Source of the DNA: Candidatus Ozemobacteraceae bacterium
GTDB lineage: Bacteria; Muiribacteriota; Ozemobacteria; Ozemobacterales; Ozemobacteraceae
Assembly (NCBI GenBank): GCA_965140445.1
Contig: OZ223236.1
Coordinates: 5,120,001 to 5,184,000, forward strand
Length of the DNA stretch: 64,000 nt
Direction of reading: 5' to 3'
Shown here: in pieces, positions 1 to 9,003 of the stretch
Position numbering within the stretch: the stretch's first letter is position 1
Layout: every line of letters starts with the position of its first letter
The notes under the pieces: generated by a model
What the model was told of the DNA's origin: nothing
Database searches by the model: none
What the model saw: only the letters and a program-made list of their open reading frames with translations
Program-made: the position numbers and the translations under genes

Positions 1-716
1 ACTTCTGAGCTAACCGACCCAATCCGACAATCAAAAGGAGCTCTTATTTCTGAATACTCAAGATCCAGCTTTGCTTTCTCAAGCGAACTCTTTGCAGCTT
101 TTAGCATAGCACTTTCGTATTTCATCTTTTCTGGAATCAAACTAATTTCAGAAATTATCTGTTGCAAAGAGTTTTTTTGATTTAAAACAGAGAGTTCCTC
201 TTTATCAATGTCAGAAGCTGCAATTGACCTTTTTTTAAAGAGTTCTTTTTTTCGATCAAGTTCTTTTTGTGAAAAATTAACCATCTTTTGTCTTATTTGA
301 AGCACTTTCTGAAGATTTTTCTGTGTAGTTAACATTTCAGCCAGCTTTGCTTCCGACTTGGCAACTTCCGCTTCGGCTTTACTTATAGCTAGCTTTAAAG
401 GAACGTCGTCGATTTTTATTAAACTGTCGCCTGCTTTAAAAAACGCTCCATTATTAAGCTTTTCATCTTTCCAAACGATTTTTCCGCTTACTTCGGCGAT
501 GGCTTTCCAGCTCTTAGCTGGTTTTACATGACCATTTCCGATAGCCTGAGGAATAATTGACATTCTTTTTAATTGTAAAACTTTGACTGAAGATACAGCT
601 TCTTCACCTTGTTTCAACGCAGGCTTCTTTTTCAGCTTTACGAGAGTAATTGAAATAATAATTGCAACAATTAAAATGGGAAAAAATAACAGCTTCTTTT
701 TCAGGGAAATATTCAT
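1..716 (-). CDS. RND-type efflux periplasmic adaptor (membrane fusion protein), 3' end outside window
   Basis: Not in the ORF track. Manual translation from ATG at 716 (GGAG upstream) gives MNISLKKKLLFFPILIVAIIISITLVKLKKKP...AIAEVSGKIVW...GDSLIKID, then a long coiled coil and LDLEYSEIRAPFDCRI. This is the N-terminal TM, lipoyl half-motifs and alpha-hairpin typical of HlyD/AcrA. Confidence 0.85.
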   Translation of the reverse strand, partial: MNISLKKKLLFFPILIVAIIISITLVKLKKKPALKQGEEAVSSVKVLQLKRMSIIPQAIGNGHVKPAKSWKAIAEVSGKIVWKDEKLNNGAFFKAGDSLIKIDDVPLKLAISKAEAEVAKSEAKLAEMLTTQKNLQKVLQIRQKMVNFSQKELDRKKELFKKRSIAASDIDKEELSVLNQKNSLQQIISEISLIPEKMKYESAMLKAAKSSLEKAKLDLEYSEIRAPFDCRIGSVSSE

Positions 717-812
717 CTATAACTCCGTAATGCTACTTTGTATTAAAGAATAATACATCAGGCAAAAAATAAAAGGCATATTTTGTGAAGAAAAGTTAAG
801 AGTCAGGTAAAA

Positions 813-2135
813 CTATACCAATGCCAGACCCAGGGCAATTGATGCAAAAACCACAATTAGCCATAAGGTAAGTGAAAGCTCAGACCTTCGACCAGAAAAA
901 ATCCTTAAAAGCAGGAAAAAAATGAGGCTCCAACTTATTCCATGACTAATACTGAAAGTAAATGGAATCAATACCAAGGCCATAAACGCAGGAAAAGCTT
1001 CTTCAAATTCGTTCCAATAGATGCCAGAAACCGCATTCATCATATAGAAGCCGACTATAACGAGCGCTGGAGCCGTTGCACAAGCTGGAATAATCTTCAG
1101 CAAAGGAGCAAGCCACAAAAATGGGATAAATAAAAGGCCTGTAACTACAGCGGTCAAACCTGTTCTACCACCCTGTTCAACTCCTGAAGCACTTTCGACA
1201 TAAGTTGTTGCTGAGCTTGTTCCAAATAAACCAGAAATTGTTGTGGCCAAAGCATCTACAAACAGAGCTTTTTTCATGTTCTTTGGTTCACCATTTTCAT
1301 CAAGCAAATTGGCTACTGAAGCAACTCCAAGAAATGTGGAAATAGAATCAAACATGTCAGTAAAAAGCAATGTAAATATTGCTCCAACTGCTCCATAGGA
1401 AAAAGCTGAAGCTATGTCCAGCTGAAAAAAAGCGGATGAAAAATCGGGGGCAGCAAAATAGTTTTGCGGCAATCGAACCAATAAATCCCCATCCCAAATT
1501 CGCCCATGGGAAATAGATATCAAAGTTGTAAAAACGATTCCCAGGAGCAGGTGACCGGGAATTTTTCTATTTTCCAGGCCAATAGTAAAAATCAAACCAA
1601 GAATAAAAATAATTAATTTCGGAGAAAACTTCCCCATTCCAACCATTGTAGCGGGATTAGCAACAACAAGCCCCGCCGATTTGAGACCTAAAAGACACAA
1701 AAATAACCCAATGCCTGCGGCAACTCCGAGGCGAACACATTTAGGAATGGCACGAACAATGGCTTCCCTTATGCTCAGAACAGTCATAAGAACAAAAATA
1801 AGCCCAGAGATAAAAACAGCTCCTAGAGCTGTTTGCCACGTAAGTCCCATTCCAAGGACCATTGAATAAGTAAAAAACGCATTTATTCCCATTCCTGGGG
1901 CAAGAGCAAAGGGTAAGTTGGCAAGCAAACCCATTAAAATGCTTGAAATTGCAGAAACCAGAACAGTTGCAGTTAAAACGCCAGAAAATGGTATCCCCGC
2001 ATGAGAGAGCAACGAAGGATTAATTGCTAATATGTATGACATGGTCAAAAAAGTCGTAGCTCCAGCAACAACCTCTGTTTTTATTGATGTCTTATTATCT
2101 TCAAGCTTAAAAAACTTATTTAAAAACCCCTTCAA
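813..2135 (-). CDS. NCS2 family (AzgA/PbuG-like) purine permease
   Basis: TEVVAGATTFLTMSYILAINP, PFALAPGMGINAFF and YVESASGVEQGGRTGLTAVV motifs; about 12 TM segments. Confidence 0.92.
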   Translation of the reverse strand: MKGFLNKFFKLEDNKTSIKTEVVAGATTFLTMSYILAINPSLLSHAGIPFSGVLTATVLVSAISSILMGLLANLPFALAPGMGINAFFTYSMVLGMGLTWQTALGAVFISGLIFVLMTVLSIREAIVRAIPKCVRLGVAAGIGLFLCLLGLKSAGLVVANPATMVGMGKFSPKLIIFILGLIFTIGLENRKIPGHLLLGIVFTTLISISHGRIWDGDLLVRLPQNYFAAPDFSSAFFQLDIASAFSYGAVGAIFTLLFTDMFDSISTFLGVASVANLLDENGEPKNMKKALFVDALATTISGLFGTSSATTYVESASGVEQGGRTGLTAVVTGLLFIPFLWLAPLLKIIPACATAPALVIVGFYMMNAVSGIYWNEFEEAFPAFMALVLIPFTFSISHGISWSLIFFLLLRIFSGRRSELSLTLWLIVVFASIALGLALV

Positions 2136-2162
2136 GTAAAACCTCGCTAAAGCATTAAATTT

Positions 2163-3230
2163 TTAAAACCACTTTTTCCTCTTAAAATAACCCAGCATGA
2201 GTAAGGCAGAAACAATCATCAATACCCACACCGCTGGATAACCCCATTCCCATTTCAATTCAGGCATATATTCGAAATTCATTCCATAAACACCCGCAAT
2301 AAAAGTTAATGGGATAAAAATTGTAGCAATTATGGTTAGAGTTTGCATGATTTCGTTTGTTCGATTACTAACTGTAGACATATAAAGGTCAGTAATGCCA
2401 AGAACCACATCTCTAAGTGTCTCAGTAGTTTCAATAATCTGAACTGAATGATCATAAATATCTTGAAAAAAAACTTTTGTAGAAGGCCTTATCAAGTTTG
2501 TTTCGCTTCTTAAAAGCCCATTGGAAATTTCTCGCAAAGGCCAGGCTAGCTTTCTTTGATAAAACAAATTCATTTTAGTCTCATGCACAGACTTAATATC
2601 GAACTCCGAATCCATCTGTAGCAATTGAAGTTCATACTCTTCAAGCTCCAAAGCCAGAGACTCAAGAATAACAAAGTAATTATCAACAATAATATCAATT
2701 AAAGCGAATAATAAATAATCGGCTTGCTCACCTCGGATTCTGCCCTTACCGCTTCTAATCCGGTCTCTAACAGAATCAAAAATATCTCCAGCCTTTTCCT
2801 CAAAAGTTAAAACAAAGTTATCACCAAAAACAAAAGAAACCTGTTCACTTTGAACATCACCATTTTCAGATAATGAGAGCATTTTCATTACCACGAAAAC
2901 ATAGTCTTCAAAAAATTCGACTTTAGGTCTATGCCCGGGATTAAGTATATCTTCAAGAGTTAAAGAGTGAATATTAGCCAGCTCTTTAATTTGGTGAAGC
3001 TTATCAAGTTCGGCAAGTCCAAAAATACTAATCCATGTAGTTTCATCTGATTTTTTTAAGTTTGTGAGATCGGGAATAGAAGTAGATCTTCTTTCTTTTA
3101 GAGACTCAGGGGAATATTCGAAAATTTCAAAGGACGTATCCTTTGATACAGATTCGATTACATGGGCTATAGTTCCAGGAGATTTTCCTAATTTATTTTC
3201 AGCAATTCCTCTTTTAACAAACGGAAGCAT
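2163..3230 (-). CDS. corA: Magnesium/cobalt transporter CorA
   Basis: GVYGMNFEYMPEL signature, two C-terminal TMs, HSLTLEDILNPGHRPKVE. Confidence 0.95.
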   Translation of the reverse strand: MLPFVKRGIAENKLGKSPGTIAHVIESVSKDTSFEIFEYSPESLKERRSTSIPDLTNLKKSDETTWISIFGLAELDKLHQIKELANIHSLTLEDILNPGHRPKVEFFEDYVFVVMKMLSLSENGDVQSEQVSFVFGDNFVLTFEEKAGDIFDSVRDRIRSGKGRIRGEQADYLLFALIDIIVDNYFVILESLALELEEYELQLLQMDSEFDIKSVHETKMNLFYQRKLAWPLREISNGLLRSETNLIRPSTKVFFQDIYDHSVQIIETTETLRDVVLGITDLYMSTVSNRTNEIMQTLTIIATIFIPLTFIAGVYGMNFEYMPELKWEWGYPAVWVLMIVSALLMLGYFKRKKWF

Positions 3231-3268
3231 AAATCCCTCCCAGATAAACTTATCTCCAGGCTAAAAAG

Positions 3269-3305
3269 CCAAAGGCTGGCATATTTAACTTATGCCAGCC
3301 TTTGG
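3269..3305 (-). terminator. Intrinsic terminator downstream of fadL-like gene
   Basis: Perfect 15-bp inverted repeat CCAAAGGCTGGCATA / TATGCCAGCCTTTGG with a 7-nt loop, followed on the minus strand by CTTTTT. Confidence 0.75.
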
Positions 3306-3313
3306 AAATTATC

Positions 3314-4633
3314 TCAAAAAGTTCTGCTAATATTGAAACTCACAAAATGATTATCTCCATCAACAAAAGAACCAACGCCGTTCATCGATTCAATTCCAGC
3401 AACGTCATCCTTGGTTTTCATATAGCTATAACCAAAATCCACATCGAATTTTCTTCCTTTTCTTGTTACACCAAAAGAATAGATGTGTCCATCTGTGCCT
3501 GGAAGCTCGAGACCCCTTGTAGAATCTGGTAAAGGCGAATTGTCATAAACATATCCAACACGATAAATCCAGGTTTTATCATGCTTGTATTCTGCACCAA
3601 AACGGTAGGCTAAAGTATTTTTCCAATTTTTAGGAGAAGAGAAACCTCCAGCGGTCTGACCACCGTTTGCAGGCTCGATTTTAAGCTCTTGATATTTATT
3701 CCACTCAGTCCAGACAACATCGCAGGAAAAAATCCACTTTTTGATGCTGCTATTTGCAAATCCAAATGTGAGAGTCGCAGGAAGCTTTATAATACCTTTC
3801 ATTAGAGAATTTCCAACTGCAGGGTGATCTTCTACAGTACCAGTCATTTTCACCTGAGAATTAGAAAGATACCTGAGTCCTAATTTCCAATTCTTGTCTA
3901 CTTTGTAATGCCCAGCCAGAACGTATCCAATACCCCAGCCATCGGCCTGATATTTAACAAAATTATCCCAGACCTTAACGGGAGCTGGAGTTAAAGCAGT
4001 AGCTCTACTAAGCATCCTCATTTTAAACTTGGCCTGCATAAGGCTCAATCCACCGGCAACCGAAAGTTTTTCACTCAATTTAGTTGCGAGCGTCCCATTA
4101 ATGTAAGGAACTTGCAGATCAATTAAAGTAGGAAGACCTTTACTCAAAACAACTGGAGCAGCCCCAAGAGTCCCTGCAGGAACCGTTCTTGAGTTGTAAA
4201 GATTAGAGTCCATAAGCTTTCTAATATCGGAATCACTCCATTTAAGTCCCAGACCAAATGGTGCGTACATTGAAATTGCTGCAGTTACATCATCACTGGC
4301 TTTGTGAATCCAATGCGCATTAGGAATCATATGAGTTTGATTTTTATTTTTAATATTATCGATGCCGTTACCAGGTTTATATGTGTGATTCAGAATAGCA
4401 AAAGAATAACCTGAACTGTATTGATCCTTTTCAAAATCCATTACTGCAGCAGGGTTATACCAAGCGTTTGAAATCAAATCATCCCTTCCTACAACTGCCG
4501 CACCCAATCCCTTTGCTTCAGCAGATCCGGCCTGGTAAATCTGATACCCGCCAGCAAAAGCTTGCGAAGCACATAAACCAACTAGCAAAGCACACGCCAA
4601 AACTTTCTTCCCGAAATCAATGTACATCTTCAA
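3314..4633 (-). CDS. fadL: OmpP1/FadL family outer-membrane long-chain fatty acid/hydrophobic compound transporter
   Basis: Signal peptide ending AFA-GGYQI, AWYNPAAV (NPA motif), YAPFGL, WTEWNKY, YRFGAEY, C-terminal Phe. Confidence 0.88.
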   Translation of the reverse strand: MKMYIDFGKKVLACALLVGLCASQAFAGGYQIYQAGSAEAKGLGAAVVGRDDLISNAWYNPAAVMDFEKDQYSSGYSFAILNHTYKPGNGIDNIKNKNQTHMIPNAHWIHKASDDVTAAISMYAPFGLGLKWSDSDIRKLMDSNLYNSRTVPAGTLGAAPVVLSKGLPTLIDLQVPYINGTLATKLSEKLSVAGGLSLMQAKFKMRMLSRATALTPAPVKVWDNFVKYQADGWGIGYVLAGHYKVDKNWKLGLRYLSNSQVKMTGTVEDHPAVGNSLMKGIIKLPATLTFGFANSSIKKWIFSCDVVWTEWNKYQELKIEPANGGQTAGGFSSPKNWKNTLAYRFGAEYKHDKTWIYRVGYVYDNSPLPDSTRGLELPGTDGHIYSFGVTRKGRKFDVDFGYSYMKTKDDVAGIESMNGVGSFVDGDNHFVSFNISRTF

Positions 4634-4761
4634 ATCCTACTTTATTTTTATTTTTTACCTTTGAATCATTTTACAAAGCAAACAATTATATCAAAACTTG
4701 TACACTAATCAAGCTTGAATTTTAACTGCTAGACCAGATCTTGCAAAATAAGAAATTGAGT

Positions 4762-4791
4762 TTGAGTTTTGCTGCAAAACCTTGTTATAAT
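4762..4791 (+). promoter_or_regulatory. Probable sigma70 promoter for the methyltransferase gene
   Basis: TTGAGT-N18-TATAAT with an extended -10 TG at 4783-4784; AGGAG RBS before ATG 4830. Confidence 0.45.
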
Positions 4792-4829
4792 TGATAAATT
4801 GTGGAAGCGATTAACATAGGAGCAAACTC

Positions 4830-5408
4830 ATGGCTTTCCTTCATTTTGTCAGGCAATTTTGCAAAGAACCCAGAACAATAGGCGCAATTGCACCGAGTTC
4901 CAAAGGGTTAGCCAAACGAATGACGCAGAAAATTGATTTTGATAATTCAAAGGTCATAGTTGAATATGGACCCGGATCAGGCGTGTTTACAAAGCACGTT
5001 GCTTCTAAGATACAAAAAGATAAAACGGTATTTTTTGCTCTTGAGCTGAATGAAACAATGAACCGAATTGTCAGCGAGCAAGTGCCTGAAGTCACAATTT
5101 TTCAGGACTCTGCTTCCGAGGTAAGAAAATACCTGAAACAATTTGGATTTAGCTACGCAGATGCTATTATTAGTGGTCTTCCATGGGCAGCTTTTCCTGA
5201 AATGCTACAGGATGAAATTCTCGAAGAAACTTCAAAAGGCCTGAAAAAAGGTGGAACTTTTTCCACTTTTGCTTATCTACATGGGTTATGCCTCCCATCT
5301 GGGATCAGATTCAGGAAAAAACTTAAAGAGCACTTCTCAGAAGTTGAAACAAGCAAAGTTGTCTGGAAAAACCTTCCTCCAGCGATGGTTTATTGGTGCA
5401 AAAAATAA
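4830..5408 (+). CDS. SAM-dependent methyltransferase, PmtA-like phospholipid N-methyltransferase family
   Basis: PRTIGAIAPSSKGLA, VEYGPGSGVFT (SAM motif I), IISGLPW, VWKNLPPAMVY. Confidence 0.85.
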   Translation: MAFLHFVRQFCKEPRTIGAIAPSSKGLAKRMTQKIDFDNSKVIVEYGPGSGVFTKHVASKIQKDKTVFFALELNETMNRIVSEQVPEVTIFQDSASEVRKYLKQFGFSYADAIISGLPWAAFPEMLQDEILEETSKGLKKGGTFSTFAYLHGLCLPSGIRFRKKLKEHFSEVETSKVVWKNLPPAMVYWCKK

Positions 5409-5731
5409 AAAAAGCAAAAAATGCCGCTTCTGAAGTTTTGATCTTCTTCTAACCAACCACAACACTTTTCAAAAATTATAGATTTGCCCGGAAAAAAATC
5501 CGCTGTCTTAATAAAGCAAAATGATGCTAAATCTATCAAAAGCCATGGAAAAGAAAAAAATGTCTAAAGCGGTACATTTTTTTTCCTTCACCATCTTGGA
5601 AAATTTGCTTTTTTTCAGTAGAATGAATGAACAGGGTTAATGATCAGAGTAGAATTTAGTAAAATAAGTAGGAAAAAGTCTAAACTAACCTTGCAATAGA
5701 AATAGTTCAAATTGAAAGGGTGTATAGAGTA

Positions 5732-7042
5732 GTGAAAAAAATTGTTAGCTTTAACAGAAGTTCCTATTGGAAATTTTTTGGGGTCGTGTTTTCGCTCCTA
5801 CTGTTTGTATTTTTGCAAGCAGATTCCTCAAAACTTTGCGCAGCAGTAAAACTTGAGAATGTTCTCGAAGGACAAGCTGCATATCCATGGGCAAGAGTTG
5901 AGTGCCTGAATGATTCCAATAGAAATCTGAAATCCGAACCCTTTCACCTTAAAAACAGAAGAAATCATAGCGTGACCAAGGCTGCCTTTGGCACTAATAA
6001 GCCCTCTTCAAACCTCGTTTTATTGCATTTTGCACCAGACTGGAATAAAAATCTCAAAAAAACCCCGATAATTCTTGTCCACGGCGCTGGAGACAACGCA
6101 ACAAGAGGTTTTGCGCACCCATGGAGCTTTGAAATTCCTGAAAACGGAAAGATTGATAAGCCAGGTTTAATGCAGTATTTGGCAAAAATGGGTTATCCAG
6201 TTTTTGCTGTCACTTTTTCACACCCTCAAGGTGACAACTTCATTCAAGCCCATCAGCTATCTATTGCAATTAACAGAGTAAAGCAAGTTACCAAGTCTAA
6301 AAAGGTAGATCTCGTATGTCATAGCAAAGGTGCTATGTCTGTCAGAATTTACACATCTGACCTTGGAAAAGATTATCCAGAATATTCATGGATCAATTCA
6401 TATAAAAAAGATGTTAGAAAAATTGTTTTCCTGGCCTCACCACTTAAAGGGATTGATACACAGTTCAGATATTATGCTTATAACTTCACTGTTATGCAGC
6501 AGGGGCTTCCCGCGCCAATGGGCTGTAGAAAAATCTTTTGGATGGGAATTTACACTGATTGCGTAAAGCATAATTATCTTTTTCCCGGGCAGTCACAAAT
6601 GCTTCACAACTGGGTTAAAGATGGAATTCCATTTAGCTCACAAAGCTACACCCCTGATATGAATCTGTCTATGAATACTCTATACAATGGTGGAGTAACA
6701 GCACTGGTTGTATCTGATGGAATTGATCAAACAATAAAGGAAGCAGGATCAGTAATTGATAAATTGAACGAAAAAGGTGTTTCTCCAGAAATAAAATGTT
6801 ATATTCTTGCTGGTAAAAATCAAACGATTGATACCATAAAATTTGGCTGGCTTAAAATTCCAGTGGGTGAATTCGCTGACGAAAGCGATGGAATACTATT
6901 TCTTAAAAGCGCAACTTATTCTGAAGGCTTAAAAGCCAGAGGAGCAAAGGTCGAAAAAGTTAAAGTTATTAATCACCACCACGTTGGGGTTTCATGCCGA
7001 CCAGAAGCACTTGAATTCGTAAATGAGGCCCTATGTGACTGA
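5732..7042 (+). CDS. Exported alpha/beta hydrolase (lipase/PHB depolymerase PhaZ7-like)
   Basis: GTG at 5732 (track starts at 5720). N-terminal hydrophobic signal; TPIILVHGAGDNA oxyanion region; VDLVCHSKG lipase box; candidate Asp (ESDG) and His (NHHHVG). Overlaps phaR. Confidence 0.7.
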   Translation: MKKIVSFNRSSYWKFFGVVFSLLLFVFLQADSSKLCAAVKLENVLEGQAAYPWARVECLNDSNRNLKSEPFHLKNRRNHSVTKAAFGTNKPSSNLVLLHFAPDWNKNLKKTPIILVHGAGDNATRGFAHPWSFEIPENGKIDKPGLMQYLAKMGYPVFAVTFSHPQGDNFIQAHQLSIAINRVKQVTKSKKVDLVCHSKGAMSVRIYTSDLGKDYPEYSWINSYKKDVRKIVFLASPLKGIDTQFRYYAYNFTVMQQGLPAPMGCRKIFWMGIYTDCVKHNYLFPGQSQMLHNWVKDGIPFSSQSYTPDMNLSMNTLYNGGVTALVVSDGIDQTIKEAGSVIDKLNEKGVSPEIKCYILAGKNQTIDTIKFGWLKIPVGEFADESDGILFLKSATYSEGLKARGAKVEKVKVINHHHVGVSCRPEALEFVNEALCD

Positions 7043-7529
7043 GATTCTAATCAAAAAATATGAGAACAGACGACTTTATTGTGTTCCAGAAGCAAAATAC
7101 GTTTCTCTAAACGAGATCAAGGATTTTTTGCAACGCGGAGATACTGTAAAAGTCATTGAAAAAGCAAGCGGGAAAGACATAACCAAGTATGTTATGATGC
7201 AGGTTCTACTAGAAGACCGTTATGAATTGCTACCTACCTATTTCTACCAGATGGTTTTGCAGTCTCCCAAAGAGGCGCTTGAGCCCTTTTTTAAGCAATT
7301 CTTCCCCTGGATGCTCGACATGTATATGAAATCTAAAGATGGCTCTATGGCTCCAGGTCCTATGCCATTCCAAAACCCATGGTTTCAGAATCCTTTCATG
7401 AATGTCGGCAACCCTTTCATGCAAAATATGGCGAGCAATAGCAAAAACAAATCAACCAAAGAGTCTGACTCAATGAGTGAAATCCTGGACAGACTAAAAG
7501 ATCTCGAAAGCAAGATAAATAAAGAGTAG
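7035..7529 (+). CDS. phaR: PHA synthesis repressor PhaR (PHB_acc_N DNA-binding domain)
   Basis: IKKYENRRLY...YVSLNEIKDFLQRGDTVKVIEKASGKDIT is the PhaR N-terminal signature. Likely GTG start at 7035 after GAGG (track starts at 7023). Confidence 0.88.
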   Translation: MTEILIKKYENRRLYCVPEAKYVSLNEIKDFLQRGDTVKVIEKASGKDITKYVMMQVLLEDRYELLPTYFYQMVLQSPKEALEPFFKQFFPWMLDMYMKSKDGSMAPGPMPFQNPWFQNPFMNVGNPFMQNMASNSKNKSTKESDSMSEILDRLKDLESKINKE

Positions 7530-7536
7530 ACAGCAC

Positions 7537-7574
7537 AAAAAAGCGCCCAGACTTATGGCCTGGGCGCTTTTTTT
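7537..7574 (+). terminator. Intrinsic terminator after phaR
   Basis: AAAAAAGCGCCCAG-loop-CTGGGCGCTTTTTTT. Confidence 0.85.
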
Positions 7575-7725
7575 ATTTTAGAAAATCATTTAACATAATT
7601 GTGCTTTAGCACAAGAAACTTAAAGAGAAAACAACTTTTCGCTTATACTTTTTTCATCCTTCGCTCATTTAAAACCAGCACAAACAAAGAGTTTTGCGCG
7701 TGTTGATTTTTTTTAAAAAAACCTC

Positions 7726-7770
7726 TTGACACATTGCAGCATTTAGCCGATAATAATATTGCGATGCAGC
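7726..7770 (+). promoter_or_regulatory. Sigma70 promoter of the phasin/pha operon with overlapping TGC/GCA-rich candidate PhaR operator
   Basis: TTGACA (7726-7731)-N17-GATAAT (7749-7754). TGCAGCA lies in the spacer and TGCGATGCA just downstream of the -10. Confidence 0.7.
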
Positions 7771-7809
7771 GAGCATTGAAAAAACAAAATCAAATCAGGA
7801 GTTTTTAAA

Positions 7810-8124
7810 ATGAATAAATGGATGGAATTTTCAAACGAATACACTCAGCTCATGAAGGGCAACTTTGATGTAATGAACAAATTTTGGCGCGCTTCTATGG
7901 ATCAGAGTGAAGGTTTCGCAAGAAAAAACATGGAAATGTATTTCGATCACATGAATAGAAACGTTGAATTCATGCACGAAATGTGGAACACCACTATTAA
8001 TTCAAATGACGAACTCAAAACATATTTCCGCGAAAACATGGAAAAATTCAACACCAGATATCAGAAAGTTTACGACGAAACAGTAAAAGCTTTTCAACCA
8101 AAAGCCAAAACCACTGAAAAATAA
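7810..8124 (+). CDS. Probable phasin (PHA granule-associated amphipathic helical protein)
   Basis: 104 aa, helical and amphipathic with an 11-residue periodicity; CAGGAG RBS; first gene after the candidate PhaR-controlled promoter. Called on context and composition, not on recognised homology. Confidence 0.6.
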   Translation: MNKWMEFSNEYTQLMKGNFDVMNKFWRASMDQSEGFARKNMEMYFDHMNRNVEFMHEMWNTTINSNDELKTYFRENMEKFNTRYQKVYDETVKAFQPKAKTTEK

Positions 8125-8233
8125 TTTCAGCCCTAAACAGCTAGAAATAATTTTCTGAAAATAGTTAATACAAAACTCACTCAACAAAATTCAGAAAAGC
8201 CACACAAAGGCCTTTCCCACACAGGAGAATACA

Positions 8234-8977
8234 ATGAAAAGAATGAAAGATAAAGTTTGTCTCATCACTGGCGGAGCAGCAGGAATCGGTTTAAAAGCCG
8301 CTAAATTATTTGCCTCAGAAGGCGCAATCGTATACGCAATAGACGTTAGCGATAACGCACTTGCTAAGCTTGCAGAAGAAAAAGTTGAAGGCGAAGGCCA
8401 AATCATTGGCACCAAACTTGACGTTTCTGATTCAGCTGCAGTTAATGCAACTGTAGAAGAAATTTTTGCAAAACATGGCAAAATTGATGCTCTTGTTAAC
8501 AATGCCGGAATTACAGCAGATGCAACTCTTGCCAAGATGACTGAAGAACAATTTGATAGAGTAATCAAAGTTAACCTTAAAGGTGTTTTCCTTATGGCTT
8601 CTGCTGTTTCAAAGAAAATGGTAGAAAACAAAAGTGGTTCTATCGTTAACACTTCTTCAATCGTAGGTGTTCAGGGCAACTTTGGCCAAACCAACTACTC
8701 TGCTGCTAAAGCTGGCGTAATTGGAATGACTTACACATGGTCCAGAGAACTTGGACGCAAAGGCATTAGAGTTAACGCCGTAGCACCTGGTTACACAAAA
8801 ACCGATATGGTTGCTACCGTTCCTGAAAAAGTAATCAAAATGCTCGAAGATAAGACTCCTCTCCAGAGACTTGGTGAACCAGAAGAAATCGCACAGCTCT
8901 ATATGTTCCTTTGCAGCGATGAAAGCTCTTATATCACAGGTCAAGTTATTGGAATCGACGGCGGACTAAAACTCTAG
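8234..8977 (+). CDS. phaB: Acetoacetyl-CoA reductase / 3-oxoacyl reductase (SDR)
   Basis: TGGAAGIG, NNAGIT, GNFGQTNYSAAKAG (YxxxK), VNAVAPG; located within the PHA cluster. Confidence 0.85.
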   Translation: MKRMKDKVCLITGGAAGIGLKAAKLFASEGAIVYAIDVSDNALAKLAEEKVEGEGQIIGTKLDVSDSAAVNATVEEIFAKHGKIDALVNNAGITADATLAKMTEEQFDRVIKVNLKGVFLMASAVSKKMVENKSGSIVNTSSIVGVQGNFGQTNYSAAKAGVIGMTYTWSRELGRKGIRVNAVAPGYTKTDMVATVPEKVIKMLEDKTPLQRLGEPEEIAQLYMFLCSDESSYITGQVIGIDGGLKL

Positions 8978-9003
8978 TCTCCAACAAGGAGGGTCAGAAA
9001 AAC

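Noticed and set aside
2136..2162. Purine riboswitch upstream of the NCS2 permease
   Set aside because: Only 27 nt separate it from corA, leaving no room for an aptamer.
5549..5588. Inverted repeat AAAAAAATGT...ACATTTTTTT upstream of the hydrolase
   Set aside because: Mostly A/T homopolymer, expected by chance in this composition; no function can be supported.
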